Origin: Acidimicrobiia bacterium
GTDB taxonomy: Bacteria; Actinomycetota; Acidimicrobiia; IMCC26256; PALSA-555
Direction of reading: 5' to 3'
NCBI GenBank assembly: GCA_051986275.1
Contig: JBPYDT010000118.1
Coordinates: 1-50,358 of the forward strand
DNA: 50,358 nucleotides
Position 1 is the stretch's first letter. The number at the start of each line of letters is the position of its first letter. Both the position numbers and the translations under genes were made by a program. Under the pieces are notes generated by a model. It made no database searches. It had not been told where the DNA came from and worked only from the letters and a program-made list of their open reading frames with translations. This document shows, piece by piece, positions 31,079 through 40,546 of this stretch.

Positions 31079-32842
31079 GTGCCCTCCAAGATCCTGATCG
31101 CCAACCGCGGTGAGATCGCGGTGCGCGTGATGCGCACGTGCCGGGAGCTGGGTGTGGGCACGGTCGCCGTCTACTCCGACCTGGACCGCGACGCGGCGCA
31201 TGTGCGCTACGCCGACGAGGCGTACGCGCTCGGCGGGCAGACCGCGGCGGAGAGCTACCTCAACACGGCGTGCATCCTCGAGATCATCGAGCGCAGCGGT
31301 GCCGACGCGCTGCACCCGGGCTACGGCTTCTTCGCCGAGAACGCCGACTTCGCCCGCGCCGTCACCGACTCGGGCGCCACCTGGATCGGACCGCCCCCGG
31401 GGGCGATCGAGGTGATGGGCGACAAGATCTCGTCGCGGCTCGCCGCCGCCGCGGCGGGCGTCGACGCCGTCCCGGGCACCACGACCGCCATCCAGGACGT
31501 GGACGAGATCGTCGCCTTCGGCGAGGACCACGGGTGGCCGGTGGCCATCAAGGCGGCCTACGGCGGCGGCGGCAAGGGCCTCAAGGTGGTCCGCGACGCC
31601 GACGGCGCCAAGGCCGCCTTCGAATCGGCCACGCGGGAGGCGACCGCCTACTTCGGGCGCCCCGAGGCGTACCTCGAGCGCTACCTCCCCCGGCCGCGCC
31701 ACATCGAGATCCAGGTGTTCTGCGACACCCACGGCCACGCGGTCTGGCTGGGCGAGCGCGACTGCTCCACGCAGCGCCGCCACCAGAAGCTGATCGAGGA
31801 GGCCCCCGCGCCCGGGCTCGACGACGAGACCCGCACCGCGATGGGCGAGGCCGCGGTGAAGGTCGCCCGGGGCTGCGGCTACGTGAACGCCGGCACGGTC
31901 GAGATGCTCTACCAGGACGGCGGCTTCTGGTTCCTCGAGATGAACACCCGACTGCAGGTGGAGCACTGCGTGACCGAGATGGTCACGGGCCTGGACCTGG
32001 TCGCGGAGCAGCTGCGCGTCGCCGACGGCGAGCCGCTCTCCTTCACCCAGGAATCGATCCGCCGAGACGGCCACGCCATCGAGTGCCGGATCAACGCCGA
32101 GGACCCCGCGCGCGGCTTCCTTCCGTCACCGGGACCGATCACGCGCCTTCGTGTGCCGGGCGGGCCGGGGGTGCGCTGGGACGGCGGCTACGAGGAAGGC
32201 GACGAGATCTCGCAGTACTACGACAACCTCGTCGGCAAGCTCGTCGTCTGGAGCGCCCACCGGGACAGCGCGCGCCACCGCATGCTGCGAGCCCTCGGCG
32301 AGCTGCGCATCGGCGGCGTGCGCACCACCATTCCGGCGCATCAACTCCTCCTGGCGCATCCCGACTTCGCCGCGGCGCGCCACTCGACCAAGTGGGTGGA
32401 GGAGGAGCTCGACAGGTCGTTCTTCGCGGCCGTGCCCGAAGCCGAGCCGGCCGACGCGGAGGCCGAGGCCGCGGCCAGCGAGGGCCTCGTCGAGCGCACG
32501 GTCCCCGTCGAGGTGGACGGCAAGCGGTTCTCGGTGCGGCTGTGGCTGCCGGACGAGCCGGCGACGGCACCGGCCGCGGCGCGGCGCGCGCCCCGGCCCA
32601 AGCCGGGAGGCGGGGCGGGAGCGGCCGGGAACGGGACGATCGCGGCGCCCATGCAGGGCACGATCGTGCGCCTGCTCGTGCAGGTCGGCGACGAGGTGAG
32701 CGTCGGGCAGGCCGTCCTGGTGCTCGAGGCGATGAAGATGGAGAACCACCTCAACGCCGAGATGGGCGGGACGGTGAAGGAGATCCGGGTCCAGCCGGGC
32801 GACACCGTCGGGACGGGCGACGTCCTCGTCGTGATCGGCTGA
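31079..32842 (+). CDS. Acyl-CoA carboxylase alpha subunit (biotin carboxylase plus BCCP)
   Basis: From GTG 31079: KILIANRGEIA, HPGYGF, QRRHQKL, EMNTRLQVEH, EAMKM biotinylation site; divergent from birA. Confidence 0.96.
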   Translation: MPSKILIANRGEIAVRVMRTCRELGVGTVAVYSDLDRDAAHVRYADEAYALGGQTAAESYLNTACILEIIERSGADALHPGYGFFAENADFARAVTDSGATWIGPPPGAIEVMGDKISSRLAAAAAGVDAVPGTTTAIQDVDEIVAFGEDHGWPVAIKAAYGGGGKGLKVVRDADGAKAAFESATREATAYFGRPEAYLERYLPRPRHIEIQVFCDTHGHAVWLGERDCSTQRRHQKLIEEAPAPGLDDETRTAMGEAAVKVARGCGYVNAGTVEMLYQDGGFWFLEMNTRLQVEHCVTEMVTGLDLVAEQLRVADGEPLSFTQESIRRDGHAIECRINAEDPARGFLPSPGPITRLRVPGGPGVRWDGGYEEGDEISQYYDNLVGKLVVWSAHRDSARHRMLRALGELRIGGVRTTIPAHQLLLAHPDFAAARHSTKWVEEELDRSFFAAVPEAEPADAEAEAAASEGLVERTVPVEVDGKRFSVRLWLPDEPATAPAAARRAPRPKPGGGAGAAGNGTIAAPMQGTIVRLLVQVGDEVSVGQAVLVLEAMKMENHLNAEMGGTVKEIRVQPGDTVGTGDVLVVIG

Positions 32843-32860
32843 CGGCGCGCGCGCCGCGCG

Positions 32861-34222
32861 TCAGGACGCTGCTTCGGCCAGGGATTCCGACAGGGTCGGG
32901 TGCACGAGCAGCGAGTCGATGATGTCATCGACCTTGAGACCGTTCGTGACCGCGACCGCGACGATCCCGATCAGCTCGGCCGCGTTTCGCCCCACGATCG
33001 AGCCGCCGAGCACGACGCCGCGCGCCGGGTCGGAGATGATCTTGACGAACCCGCGCGGGTCCCCCTTGATCAGGGCCTTGGCGTTCGCGGTGAACGGGAC
33101 CTTCGTGACGCGGATCTTGCGCCCGGTGGAGAACGCCTCAGCCTCGGCGAGCCCGACGTCGGCGATCTCGGGCTCGGTGAAGATCGCCGACGGGGCCTTG
33201 TCGTAGTCGAGGTGGCGGTGGGGACGGTTGTGCATCCCCATCATGTGCTCGGCGATCTTGCGGCCCTGCATCGCCGCCACCGAGGAGAGCGGCAGCCGGC
33301 CGGCGACGTCGCCCGCGGCGTAGATGTGCCCCACGGTCGTCAGGCAGTTGTGGTTCACGGGGATGCAGCCGCCGTCGTCGACCTCGAGGCCGGCCTCCTC
33401 CAGCCCGAGACCCTCGCTGTTCGGCACCGAGCCGACGCCCAGCACCGCGTGGGACCCCTCGATGACGCGCCCGTCCTCGCAGGTGACGCACACCGTGTCG
33501 CCGTTGCGGGTCACGGCCGACGCCCGCGCGCCCTTCAAGAGCTTGACGCCCTGCTCGAGGAACGCCTCCTCGAGCACCGCGGCGACCTCGGGGTCCTTGA
33601 TCGGCAGCACCTGCTGGCGGGACACGAGCAGCGAGACCTTCGAGCCGAGCGACCCGAACATGTGCGTGAACTCGACCCCGGTGACGCCCGAGCCGATGAT
33701 GATCGCGTGCTCGGGGATCTCGGGGGGCGGGTAGGACTCGCGCGTGGTGAGCACCCGCTCGCCGTCGACGGTCACGAAGTCGGGGATCCGGGGCCGCGAG
33801 CCCGTCGAGATCAGCACGACGTCGGCCGGCAGCTCCTCGATCCCGTCGGCGGTGTCCGCCACGACGGTGTGCGGGTCCTTGAACCGGGCGACGCCGTGCA
33901 CGAGCCGGACGCCCTGTGACGTGAGCAGCGTGCAGAGCTGGGCGTGCAGGTGCGCCTGGATGTCGGAGACTCGGCGACGCAGCGCCGCGATGTCGAGCGC
34001 GCCCTGCGCCTTCAGCCCCATCGTCGGGGCGCGCGTGAGCTCGGCCAGCTCGGCGCCCGTGGCGATGAGCGCCTTCGAGGGGATGCAGTCCCAGAGGTGC
34101 GCCGCCCCGCCGATGACCTCCCGCTCGACGAGCGTCACCTCGGCGCCGAGCGACGCCGCGACGGTCGCGCACGTGTTCCCCGCCGGGCCGGCGCCGATGA
34201 TGACGAGACGAGTGGTCGGCAT
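32861..34222 (-). CDS. LpdA-like flavoprotein disulfide reductase (NAD(P)H-quinone reductase family)
   Basis: GAGPAG, GGAAHLWDCIPSK (a single Cys), GSGVTGVEF, IYAAGD, FTEPEIA. Confidence 0.85.
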   Translation of the reverse strand: MPTTRLVIIGAGPAGNTCATVAASLGAEVTLVEREVIGGAAHLWDCIPSKALIATGAELAELTRAPTMGLKAQGALDIAALRRRVSDIQAHLHAQLCTLLTSQGVRLVHGVARFKDPHTVVADTADGIEELPADVVLISTGSRPRIPDFVTVDGERVLTTRESYPPPEIPEHAIIIGSGVTGVEFTHMFGSLGSKVSLLVSRQQVLPIKDPEVAAVLEEAFLEQGVKLLKGARASAVTRNGDTVCVTCEDGRVIEGSHAVLGVGSVPNSEGLGLEEAGLEVDDGGCIPVNHNCLTTVGHIYAAGDVAGRLPLSSVAAMQGRKIAEHMMGMHNRPHRHLDYDKAPSAIFTEPEIADVGLAEAEAFSTGRKIRVTKVPFTANAKALIKGDPRGFVKIISDPARGVVLGGSIVGRNAAELIGIVAVAVTNGLKVDDIIDSLLVHPTLSESLAEAAS

Positions 34223-34281
34223 CCCGCCAGGGTAGGCGGCGAATCCCCGCCTCCCCAGGAGCGGCCCGTACGCTCCCGTCG

Positions 34282-35205
34282 GTGCCGGTGCTGCGTCACG
34301 GCCAGCTGACGGGAGAGGTCGTCCTCGTGGCGCCCGGGCGCGCCGCGCGCCCCCACACGACGGCACCAGTGACCGAGGGTGACGCGTCGACGTGCCCCTT
34401 CTGCCCGGGCCACGAGGCAGAGACGCCACCCGAGGTCGCCCGCCTCGGCGGCGGCGAGCCAGGCGGGCCCGGCTGGCGCGTCCGGGTGTTCGCCAACCTC
34501 TACCCGGCGGTCGGCGGGCCCGACGCGGCGCCGGGCGCCACCGGCGCGCACGAGGTCGTGGTCCTCTCGCCCGATCACGACCGCACGCTCGCCCGGCTCG
34601 ACGACGACGCGATCGTCGAGGTCGTCGAGATGCTGCGGGCGCGGGCGCGCGCTCACGCCGCCGAAGGGCACGCTCACGTCCAGGTGGTCGTGAACCAGGG
34701 GCGAGCCGCCGGCGCGTCGATCGCCCACCCGCACGCCCAGGTGGTGGCCCTAGATTTCGTGCCGCCCGCGGTCGTCGCCGCGCTCCGCCGCTTCGCCGCG
34801 ACCGACCGGGTCCTCGAGGATCACGCCGCGGCCGCGGGCGCCGACGGCGCGGTGCTCACTCGGGGCGACACCGTCGCGTGGTGCTCGCCGAGCTCGAGCG
34901 CCGGGTTCGAGGTGCGCCTCGCCGCGCTCGGCGCCGGTCGTCGGTTCGCGGAATCCTCGGACGAGGAGGCCGCGGATGTGGCGCTCGCGCTGCGGGACGC
35001 GACGCGGCTGCTCGCCGCCGCGCTCGCCGACCCGCCCTACAACGTCGTCGTGTACGACGCGCCGACCGCGGGCGACGAGCCGTACCACTGGTGGATCCGG
35101 ATCGTGCCCCGCCTCGAGGTACCGGCGGGGTTCGAGCTCGGGACGGGTGTGTCGATCGAGCCCGTCGATCCGCGCCGCGCCGCGGAGGCGCTCCGGGCGG
35201 AGTAG
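34282..35205 (+). CDS. GalT-family nucleotidyltransferase (galactose-1-phosphate uridylyltransferase-like)
   Basis: CPFCPGHE, NLYPA, GAHEVVV, GASIAHPHAQ, AGFELGTG. Confidence 0.88.
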   Translation: MPVLRHGQLTGEVVLVAPGRAARPHTTAPVTEGDASTCPFCPGHEAETPPEVARLGGGEPGGPGWRVRVFANLYPAVGGPDAAPGATGAHEVVVLSPDHDRTLARLDDDAIVEVVEMLRARARAHAAEGHAHVQVVVNQGRAAGASIAHPHAQVVALDFVPPAVVAALRRFAATDRVLEDHAAAAGADGAVLTRGDTVAWCSPSSSAGFEVRLAALGAGRRFAESSDEEAADVALALRDATRLLAAALADPPYNVVVYDAPTAGDEPYHWWIRIVPRLEVPAGFELGTGVSIEPVDPRRAAEALRAE

Positions 35206-35253
35206 CGCTGCGTGCCGGCTCGTATGTGCTGCCGGGTGCGCGCGTTGCGTCGG

Positions 35254-36030
35254 TTACCGACCCTCGAAGGTCGCGCGGCCCGGACCGTGGTCGAGGAACG
35301 AGCGGACACCGCGGGCGGCATCGTCGGTTCGGAAGACGTCGATGAACGCGTCGCGCTCCAGATCGAGCCCGCCCGCGAGTGTCCCGTCGAGGCCGCGGTC
35401 GATCGCGTGCTTGGCCAGGCCCATCGCCACCACCGCGCCGTCGGCGAACGATGCCGCCCATGCCAACGCGGCGGTCTCGACCTCGTGGTCGGGCACGACC
35501 CGGTCCACGAGCCCGATCGCCGCGGCCTCGTCGGCGCGCACGTGGCGTCCGCTCCACACGAGCTCTTTCGCCCGCGCCGGCCCCACCAGGCGCGGGAGAC
35601 GCTGGGTGCCACCGGCCCCCGGGAGGATCCCGAGCAGCGTCTCGGGCTGGCCGAGCCGCGCACCCTCGCCCGCCACCCGCAGGTCGCACGCCATGGCCAG
35701 CTCGAGGCCGCCGCCGAGCGCGAAGCCGCGGACGGCGGCGATGACCGGACGCGGGATCGCCGCCACCCCGTCGAAGGCCACCCGGAACGCGGCGGCGACC
35801 CGGACCGGGTCCACCGCCTCGAGCTCCTCGATGTCGGCGCCCGCGGCGAAGGCCCGCTCGTTCCCGGCAACGACGACGGCCTTCGGTACCGGAGCCCGGC
35901 AGAGACTGCTCGCCACGTCAGCGAGCTCCTGCAGCAGTCCGATCGACAGCGCGTTGAGGGGTGGCCGCGCGAGCCGCAGCACCACGACGCCGTCGTCGTG
36001 GTTGTCGAGCCGCACCATCTCGGTCGTCAC
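35254..36030 (-). CDS. Enoyl-CoA hydratase/isomerase family protein
   Basis: FAAGADI, ALGGGLELA, GQPE..LGILPGAGGTQRL. Confidence 0.93.
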   Translation of the reverse strand: MTTEMVRLDNHDDGVVVLRLARPPLNALSIGLLQELADVASSLCRAPVPKAVVVAGNERAFAAGADIEELEAVDPVRVAAAFRVAFDGVAAIPRPVIAAVRGFALGGGLELAMACDLRVAGEGARLGQPETLLGILPGAGGTQRLPRLVGPARAKELVWSGRHVRADEAAAIGLVDRVVPDHEVETAALAWAASFADGAVVAMGLAKHAIDRGLDGTLAGGLDLERDAFIDVFRTDDAARGVRSFLDHGPGRATFEGR

Positions 36031-36156
36031 GCGCCGAGCCTATTGCCGACCCCACGCGAGCGAGGGGTGACGAGCGGCCGGGCCGCTAGGGTGCCGCGCG
36101 TGCACGGCGGCGCGACGCTCCCGATGCGGCGTGCTCGTACCACCGTGACCTGAGTC

Positions 36157-37176
36157 GTGCTCCCTCGCCGCCGGCAGGTGCTGTTCAACCCGGGTCCCGT
36201 CAACCTCGACCCCGAGATCAAGCACAACCTGTTCAACGTCGAGCTCTGTCATCGCGAACCCGAGTTCGATCGGCTCGCGGCGAGCATCCGGCGCCGGCTG
36301 CTGGCCGCGGTGGGCTTCCCGTCCGCCTTCGAGGTCAGCCTCATGCACGGGTCCGGCACCCTCGCGGTCGACGCCGCCCTCGCGTCGCTCGTGCGAGGCC
36401 GAGTGCTCGTCGTGCACAACGGCCTCTACTGCCAGCGCATCAGCACCACGCTCGCCGGGGTCGGCGGCGCCGACGTCGTCGAGCACACGCTCGGCGTCGG
36501 CCGTCCCGTGGCTCTGGACGAGCTCGAGGCGGTCATCGCCCGCGCCGTGCCCGACTGGGTCGCGATCGTCCACCACGAGACCACCACCGGTCTCCTGAAC
36601 CCGCTGGCCGCCGTCGCCGGGCTCTGCGCGGAGCAGGGCGCGCGCCTGTTCGTCGACGCCGTCAGCTCGCTCGGTGCCCACCCGGTCGACCCGCGGGCGG
36701 ACGTCGTCTGCTTCAACAGCAGCAAGTGCCTCGAGTCGCTCCCCGGGATCGCGGGCGTCCTGTGGCGCTCCGACCTCCCGACCCACGCCACCGTCCCGGT
36801 GCTGGACGTCGGCGCGTACGCGCGGGGGATGGCCAGCACACCGAACGTGCAGGCGTACGTCGCGCTCGACATCGCGCTCGACCTCCTCGCCGGGGAGGAC
36901 CGGCCGGCCCGGTACGAGCGCCTCGCCCGACACGTGTGGGCGACGGGCGGCGAGCACTTCGAGCTCCTGCTCGACGAGCCGCACCGCTCACACGTGCTGA
37001 CCTCGTTTCGCCTCGGCGGGCACACGATCGACGACCTGTTCCGCCGCGCGTACGAGCACGGCATGGTCATCTACCCGGGGCAGGCGGAGCTGCGAGACGA
37101 GATCTTTCGCGTCGCGAACATGGGCGCGCTGATGGATCGCGACACGATCGACGAGCTCTTCGCCGTCCTCACCTGA
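36157..37176 (+). CDS. Class V aminotransferase, 2-aminoethylphosphonate transaminase (PhnW/AEPT)-like
   Basis: LFNPGPV, GSGT, NGLYCQRI, HHETTTGLLNP, DAVSSLG, SSKCLESLPG, VIYPG, FRVANMG. Confidence 0.75.
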   Translation: MLPRRRQVLFNPGPVNLDPEIKHNLFNVELCHREPEFDRLAASIRRRLLAAVGFPSAFEVSLMHGSGTLAVDAALASLVRGRVLVVHNGLYCQRISTTLAGVGGADVVEHTLGVGRPVALDELEAVIARAVPDWVAIVHHETTTGLLNPLAAVAGLCAEQGARLFVDAVSSLGAHPVDPRADVVCFNSSKCLESLPGIAGVLWRSDLPTHATVPVLDVGAYARGMASTPNVQAYVALDIALDLLAGEDRPARYERLARHVWATGGEHFELLLDEPHRSHVLTSFRLGGHTIDDLFRRAYEHGMVIYPGQAELRDEIFRVANMGALMDRDTIDELFAVLT

Positions 37177-37192
37177 CGCGCCGAGGGTCGGG

Positions 37193-38140
37193 TCAGCTCT
37201 CCGGGTCGTCGAGCAGCGACGTCACCGCGGCGTACGGGTCGAGCGCACGGTCCGCGACCCGCGTCACGAGGTCGTCGAAGCTCGGACCTTCGCAGACGGC
37301 GGCGGCGCGCGGTCCGAGCTGCTCCCGCACGAGCGAGCGCAGCTCGTCCCGCGTCCGGGCCGCCCGCTTCGCCGTGAGGCCATCGCTGGCCACGAGGTGG
37401 GCGCGGTGGGCGCCGATCGCGGCCCAGAGGTCGTCGACGCCCTTCCCCTCGGTCGCGACGGTCTCGACGACGGGCGGCCTCCAGTCGCCCTGAGCGGCTA
37501 ACGCCAGCATGCGGTGCAGGTCCTGCACCGTCTCGTCGCGGCCGGCCCGGTCGGCCTTGTTCACCACGAGCACGTCGGCGACCTCGAGGAGGCCGGCCTT
37601 CTGGGTCTGCACCGCGTCGCCCCATCCCGGGTTCACCACCACGACCGTCGTGTCGGCCGCGCCGGCCACCTCGACCTCGACCTGGCCGACGCCGACGGTC
37701 TCGATGATCACCCACGGGATCCCCACCGCGTCGAGGACGCGGACCGCCTGCGGCGTGGCGAGCGCGAGCCCGCCGAGGTGGCCGCGGCTCGCCATCGAGC
37801 GGATGAAGACCTCGGGGTCGGTGGCGTGGCCCTGCATGCGGACCCGGTCGCCGAGGATCGCGCCGCCGCTGAACGGGCTGGACGGGTCGACGGCGAGGAC
37901 ACCGACGGCCGCGCCCTCGCGGCGGATGCGCGCGATGAGCCGGTCGGTGAGCGTCGACTTGCCGGCACCCGGCGCGCCCGTGACGCCGATCGTCCACGCG
38001 CCGCCGGTGTGCGGGTAGAGGTGGGCGAGCGCCTCGACCGCGCCGGGCCCGCCCGCCTCGATCAGCGACAGGAGCCGGGCGAGGGCTCCTCGGTCACCGA
38101 GTCGCGCCCGGTCGGCGAGCGCGGCTGGTGTGGTGCTCAC
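37193..38140 (-). CDS. meaB: Methylmalonyl-CoA mutase-associated GTPase
   Basis: GAPGAGKS, VDPSSPFSGGAILGDRVRM, ETVGVGQ, NKAD. Confidence 0.95.
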   Translation of the reverse strand: MSTTPAALADRARLGDRGALARLLSLIEAGGPGAVEALAHLYPHTGGAWTIGVTGAPGAGKSTLTDRLIARIRREGAAVGVLAVDPSSPFSGGAILGDRVRMQGHATDPEVFIRSMASRGHLGGLALATPQAVRVLDAVGIPWVIIETVGVGQVEVEVAGAADTTVVVVNPGWGDAVQTQKAGLLEVADVLVVNKADRAGRDETVQDLHRMLALAAQGDWRPPVVETVATEGKGVDDLWAAIGAHRAHLVASDGLTAKRAARTRDELRSLVREQLGPRAAAVCEGPSFDDLVTRVADRALDPYAAVTSLLDDPES

Positions 38141-38367
38141 GCCGCGTCGACGGCCTCGACGGCCGCGACGCTCGGGACGCGATCCTTGATGATCCGCTCA
38201 ACACCCGCCTTCAGGGTCATCGTCGAGATCGGGCAGGTGCCGCAGGCGCCGACGAGCTCGACGTGCACGACACCGGCGTCGTCGACGTCGCGGAACACGA
38301 TGTCGCCCCCGTCGGCCTGCAGCGCGGGCCGGATCGCGTCGATCGCCCGCGCCACGTCCGTCTCCAT
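38137..38367 (-). CDS. NifU C-terminal domain (NfuA-like) protein
   Basis: IRPALQADGGD...GACGTCP...TLKAGVE. Confidence 0.93.
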   Translation of the reverse strand: METDVARAIDAIRPALQADGGDIVFRDVDDAGVVHVELVGACGTCPISTMTLKAGVERIIKDRVPSVAAVEAVDAA

Positions 38368-38384
38368 CGAGGTGCCCAACGTCG

Positions 38385-39665
38385 TCAGTCTCGCCCGTCT
38401 TCCCGCGCCGGCTCCCCCTCCCGACGGACATCGGCGCCGAGCGCTTGGAGCCGACCGGGGAGGTCGGCGTACCCGCGCGCGACGGGGTACGTGTCCACGA
38501 CCGTCGTCTCGCCGTCGGCCGCGAGCCCGGCGAGCAGCAGCGCCGCTCCGGCGCGCACGTCCGGCGCCCGGACGGGCGCACCCGAGAGCCGCGGCACGCC
38601 CCGGACGACCGCGTGGCGTCCTTCGGTGCGCACGTCGGCGCCCATGCGGTTCAGCTCACCGACGAACACGAACCGGTTGTCGAAGACGTTCTCGGTCACG
38701 ATCGCCGTGCCGTGGGCCGTGGCGAGCGCGGCGACCGCGAGGGGCATGAAGTCGGTGGCGAAGCCCGGGAACGGCAGGGTCTGCACGTCCGTGGGGTCGC
38801 GGCGGCCCTCCGCCCGGGCCGCGATCCCGTCGGGGGCCGGCCCGACGCGGACGCCCATGGCGCTGAGCTTGCGGGCAACCGTCTCGAGATGGCTGAGCGG
38901 GACGCCGTCGATCACGACGTCGCCCCCGGCGATCGCGCAGGCGAAGAGCAGGGTGCCGGCCTCGATGCGGTCGCCGATGATCGCGTGGTCGCTCGCGGCG
39001 AGCTCGGTGACACCCTCGACCCGCACCGTCGACGTCCCGATCCCGTCGACGTGCGCCCCCATCTCGTTGAGGAGCCGGCACAGGTCGGAGACCTCGGGCT
39101 CCCGGGCGGCGTTGTCGATGACCGTCTCGCCCTTCGCGAGCACCGCGGCGGTGAGCACGGTCTCGGTGGCGCCGACGCTCGGGAAGTCGAGCAGGACCGG
39201 CGCGCCGGCGAGGGCGTTCGCTCGAGCCTCGATGAACCCGTTGCGGACGTCGAGCTCGGCGCCCATCGCCGTCAACGCGGCGAAGTGCATGTCGAGCTTC
39301 CGGCTGCCGATGTTGTCCCCACCCGGCATCGCGACGCGCGCCCGCCCGTAGCGGGCGAGCAGCGGGCCGAGCACGTTGATCGAGGCCCGCATCCGGCGCA
39401 CGTGCTCGTACGGCGCCTCGGGCACGAGGTCGTTCGACGCGTCGACCGCCACGACGTCACCGTCCCGGCGCACCGTGGCGCCGATCGCCTCGAGCAGCTC
39501 GACCATCACGTCGAGGTCGGCCACCGGCGTCATGTTGCGCAGCGTCGTCACACCCGGCGCGAGCAGCGCGGCGGCCATCTGCTTGCACCCCGCGTTCTTC
39601 GTCATGCCCGAGACGCGGACCGTGCCGGCGAGGGGCGCGCCCGACCGTACGACGTAGCGCTCCAT
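38385..39665 (-). CDS. murA: UDP-N-acetylglucosamine 1-carboxyvinyltransferase
   Basis: KNA, MRAS..VLGPLL, PGGDNIGSR, SVGATE, NAAREPE, DRIEAGT, PFPGFATD. Confidence 0.97.
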   Translation of the reverse strand: MERYVVRSGAPLAGTVRVSGMTKNAGCKQMAAALLAPGVTTLRNMTPVADLDVMVELLEAIGATVRRDGDVVAVDASNDLVPEAPYEHVRRMRASINVLGPLLARYGRARVAMPGGDNIGSRKLDMHFAALTAMGAELDVRNGFIEARANALAGAPVLLDFPSVGATETVLTAAVLAKGETVIDNAAREPEVSDLCRLLNEMGAHVDGIGTSTVRVEGVTELAASDHAIIGDRIEAGTLLFACAIAGGDVVIDGVPLSHLETVARKLSAMGVRVGPAPDGIAARAEGRRDPTDVQTLPFPGFATDFMPLAVAALATAHGTAIVTENVFDNRFVFVGELNRMGADVRTEGRHAVVRGVPRLSGAPVRAPDVRAGAALLLAGLAADGETTVVDTYPVARGYADLPGRLQALGADVRREGEPAREDGRD

Positions 39666-39704
39666 CGGCGCATGGTACGCGGACCGGCCGGGCCGGTCCC
39701 GGTT

Positions 39705-40535
39705 TCAGGCGCCTTTGTAGACGGGGGGCCGCTGCTCCACGAACGCGGTGATGGCCTCGGTCATGTCGGTCGAGCGCAGGCACGCCGCTTGCCCCTCGGC
39801 TTCGACGAGCAGACCGTCGGCGACGCTGCACCCCGACACCGCGGCCTGCACCGCACGCTTCGTGCCGCGGACCGCGAGCGGCGGCTGCGCGGCGATCCGG
39901 TCCGCCAGCGCGCGAGCGGTGTCCTCGACCGCATCGTCGGCGACGAGCACGTCGGCGAGCCCGAGCCGCGCCGCCTCCTCGGCGTCGATGCGCGCGCCGG
40001 TGACGATGAGCTGCAGCGCCTTGGACGGGCCGACGAGTCGCGGCAGCCGCTGTGTGCCCCCGAGGTCGGGCAGGATGCCGTACTGCAGCTCCAGGAGCCC
40101 CAGCTTCGTGCCCGTCCCCATGACGCGCAGGTCGCAGGCCAGGGCGAGCTGCAGGCCGGCGCCGAGCGCGTAGCCGTGCGTCGCGGCGATCGTCACGTAC
40201 GGCGCCCGCTCCAGCCACGTGAACGTGTCCTGGACGGCCAGGATCCCGGCGATCGTCGGGTCGGGGTGACGCGCGGCGCGGTCCGCGACGATCGAGTCGG
40301 CGCCCGTCCCGTCGGTGAACACGGACGTGTCGATGCCGCTCGAGAAGGCGCGGCCGTCGCCGATGACGACGACGGCCCGCAGGTCCTCGTCGTCACCGAC
40401 GCGGCGGCCGAGCTCGCCGAGCTCCCGCCACATGGTGGGCGTCATGGCGTTGAGCTTCTCGGGCCGGTGGAGCCGCAGCCACCCGACGTGCTCGTGCCGC
40501 TCGAACCGCAGCGTCTCGTAGGTCGGCTCGCCCAC
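39705..40535 (-). CDS. Enoyl-CoA hydratase/isomerase family protein
   Basis: RPEKLNA, FSSGID, GAGLQLALACD, E..YGILPDLGGTQRL; GTG 40535 preceded by TAACGT. Confidence 0.92.
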   Translation of the reverse strand: MGEPTYETLRFERHEHVGWLRLHRPEKLNAMTPTMWRELGELGRRVGDDEDLRAVVVIGDGRAFSSGIDTSVFTDGTGADSIVADRAARHPDPTIAGILAVQDTFTWLERAPYVTIAATHGYALGAGLQLALACDLRVMGTGTKLGLLELQYGILPDLGGTQRLPRLVGPSKALQLIVTGARIDAEEAARLGLADVLVADDAVEDTARALADRIAAQPPLAVRGTKRAVQAAVSGCSVADGLLVEAEGQAACLRSTDMTEAITAFVEQRPPVYKGA

Positions 40536-40546
40536 GACCGGCGACG

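Noticed and set aside
36157-39665. Phosphonate-antibiotic cluster (PhnW-like gene plus resistant MurA)
   Set aside because: No PEP mutase or other biosynthetic genes, and Asp-type MurA is common in actinobacteria; the proximity is probably coincidental.
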